NCBI GenBank assembly: GCA_904063045.1
Contig: CAJFCJ010000009.1
Coordinates: forward strand, 910,942-974,941
Direction of reading: 5' to 3'
Source: Dimorphilus gyrociliatus
Lineage: Eukaryota; Animalia; Annelida
Length of the DNA stretch: 64,000 nt
The notes beneath the pieces were generated by a model. It was not told the origin of the DNA, ran no database searches, and saw only the letters and a list, made by a program, of their open reading frames with translations. This document shows positions 62,999-64,000 of the stretch, in pieces. Within the stretch, counting starts at the first letter, position 1. Each line of letters begins with the position of its first letter. The translations under genes were made by a program, and so were the position numbers.

Positions 62999-63405
62999 CT
63001 TTGATATAACTGTATTGAGAAAAATGAGACAATTTTAGTATCTAAATAACAATTATACCATATGCAACATCATGCAATTTCAAATAAAAAGAACTCAATT
63101 AAAATAGATGATATATAGCAATATTTGTTTAACTACAGCAAGTTGCTAGAATTCATCAAATGATAATCATTAAGCTCATATGTTGAATACGGTTGTGTAT
63201 GATATTTCACAAGCATATCATGAAAAAAACATGTGAAAACCTTTTTCAGTCGGTTCACGAGGAAATCAACGGAAACGGAATAGTATCAATGCAAGAATGG
63301 TTGGACGGGAACCATACCTCTAAAAAATCGAATACTTCTCTTTCCGGAAGCAGTATATTATAAACAAGTTGAACGATCTCCCAACGTTCACTTGATTTGA
63401 TAAAT

Positions 63406-64000
63406 ATGAGTTTTACTCCTAATTTGCCACCAACTATTTTGGCCCAAATGGCCAAAAAAGAGGAGGATGAGGATGGTGAGGCTGAACAAGGTAAAAAGAA
63501 GAGTAGAGAGGAATACAAAAAACTAAAAGAGTTAGAAGAAGCAAGAAAAGCTGGAACTGCACCGGCTATGAAAGATGAAGAAGGAAAGTAAGTTATAGTA
63601 CTATATAATCGAGATTTACTTTATTCATAGTATATACGATCATTTTCTTTTAGGGATATCAATCCTCATATTCCTCAATATATTATGCAAGCACCTTGGT
63701 ATTTTGGCTCAACAACACCAACTCTTAAACATCAACGTGGAAAGGAAGAATCTGAATCAAGATATAGTGCAATTAGTGAGTGGTACAAAAAAGGTGTAAG
63801 AAAGGTAAGTTGAAACAATAATTTTGAAAATATTTAGAGTATAGACGTTAATAATTCTTTAGGGTGCTGTGGCAACAAAATATAGAAAGGGAGCTTGTGC
63901 AAATTGTGGTGCCATGTCTCACAAAAAAAAGGATTGCTTAGAAAGACCGCGTAAAATTGGTGCAAAATTTACATCTGATGATATTGCTCCTGACGAATTT
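63406..64000 (+). CDS. SLU7: Pre-mRNA splicing factor SLU7, 3'-truncated by window end
   Basis: [20 protein letters not shown]|[51 protein letters not shown]. Confidence 0.95.

Noticed and set aside
63250-63363. Short + strand open stretch with an EF-hand-like loop (EINGNGIVSMQEW) upstream of SLU7
   Set aside because: Only 37 codons, no flanking EF helices and no secure start; better explained as promoter or 5'UTR sequence.

Overview
Eukaryotic, AT-rich and very gene-dense invertebrate DNA: about 28 protein-coding loci in 64 kb, mostly 50-80 nt GT-AG introns, and intergenic gaps usually under 1 kb. Innexins, introns and gene content point to a compact bilaterian, probably spiralian, genome (the miniature annelid Dimorphilus would fit; this is inference only). 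The ORF track fragments most genes and uses TTG/GTG starts, so gene models were rebuilt by hand from splice sites. Recognisable conserved genes are FBXL13, PUM3, PCID2, GTF3A-like, METAP1D, RBM42, EXD1-like, EARS2, TRAPPC2, TMCO1, ACP7, DENND3, ASPDH, stonin, RPL6, EIF2S1 and SLU7 (3'-truncated). There are also an RNF38/44-like RING-H2 ligase, an intronless IAP and an SLC46-like MFS transporter. Two accessory blocks stand out. (1) 2-10 kb: three intronless innexins. Two are homogenised tandem copies that differ almost only in the second extracellular Cys-Cys hairpin and the C-tail, and a mariner transposon end lies just behind the second copy. (2) 33.6-40.8 kb: two tandem genes with a candidate divergent NRF1/Ewg-type DNA-binding domain, a decayed third copy, and a gene whose 3' half is a 142-bp tandem array. 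In that array every unit is one intact intron plus one symmetric 66-nt exon carrying a 19-bp palindrome. A possible in-frame splice joining the IAP to the downstream MFS transporter was also found. No tRNA, rRNA or CRISPR array was supported.
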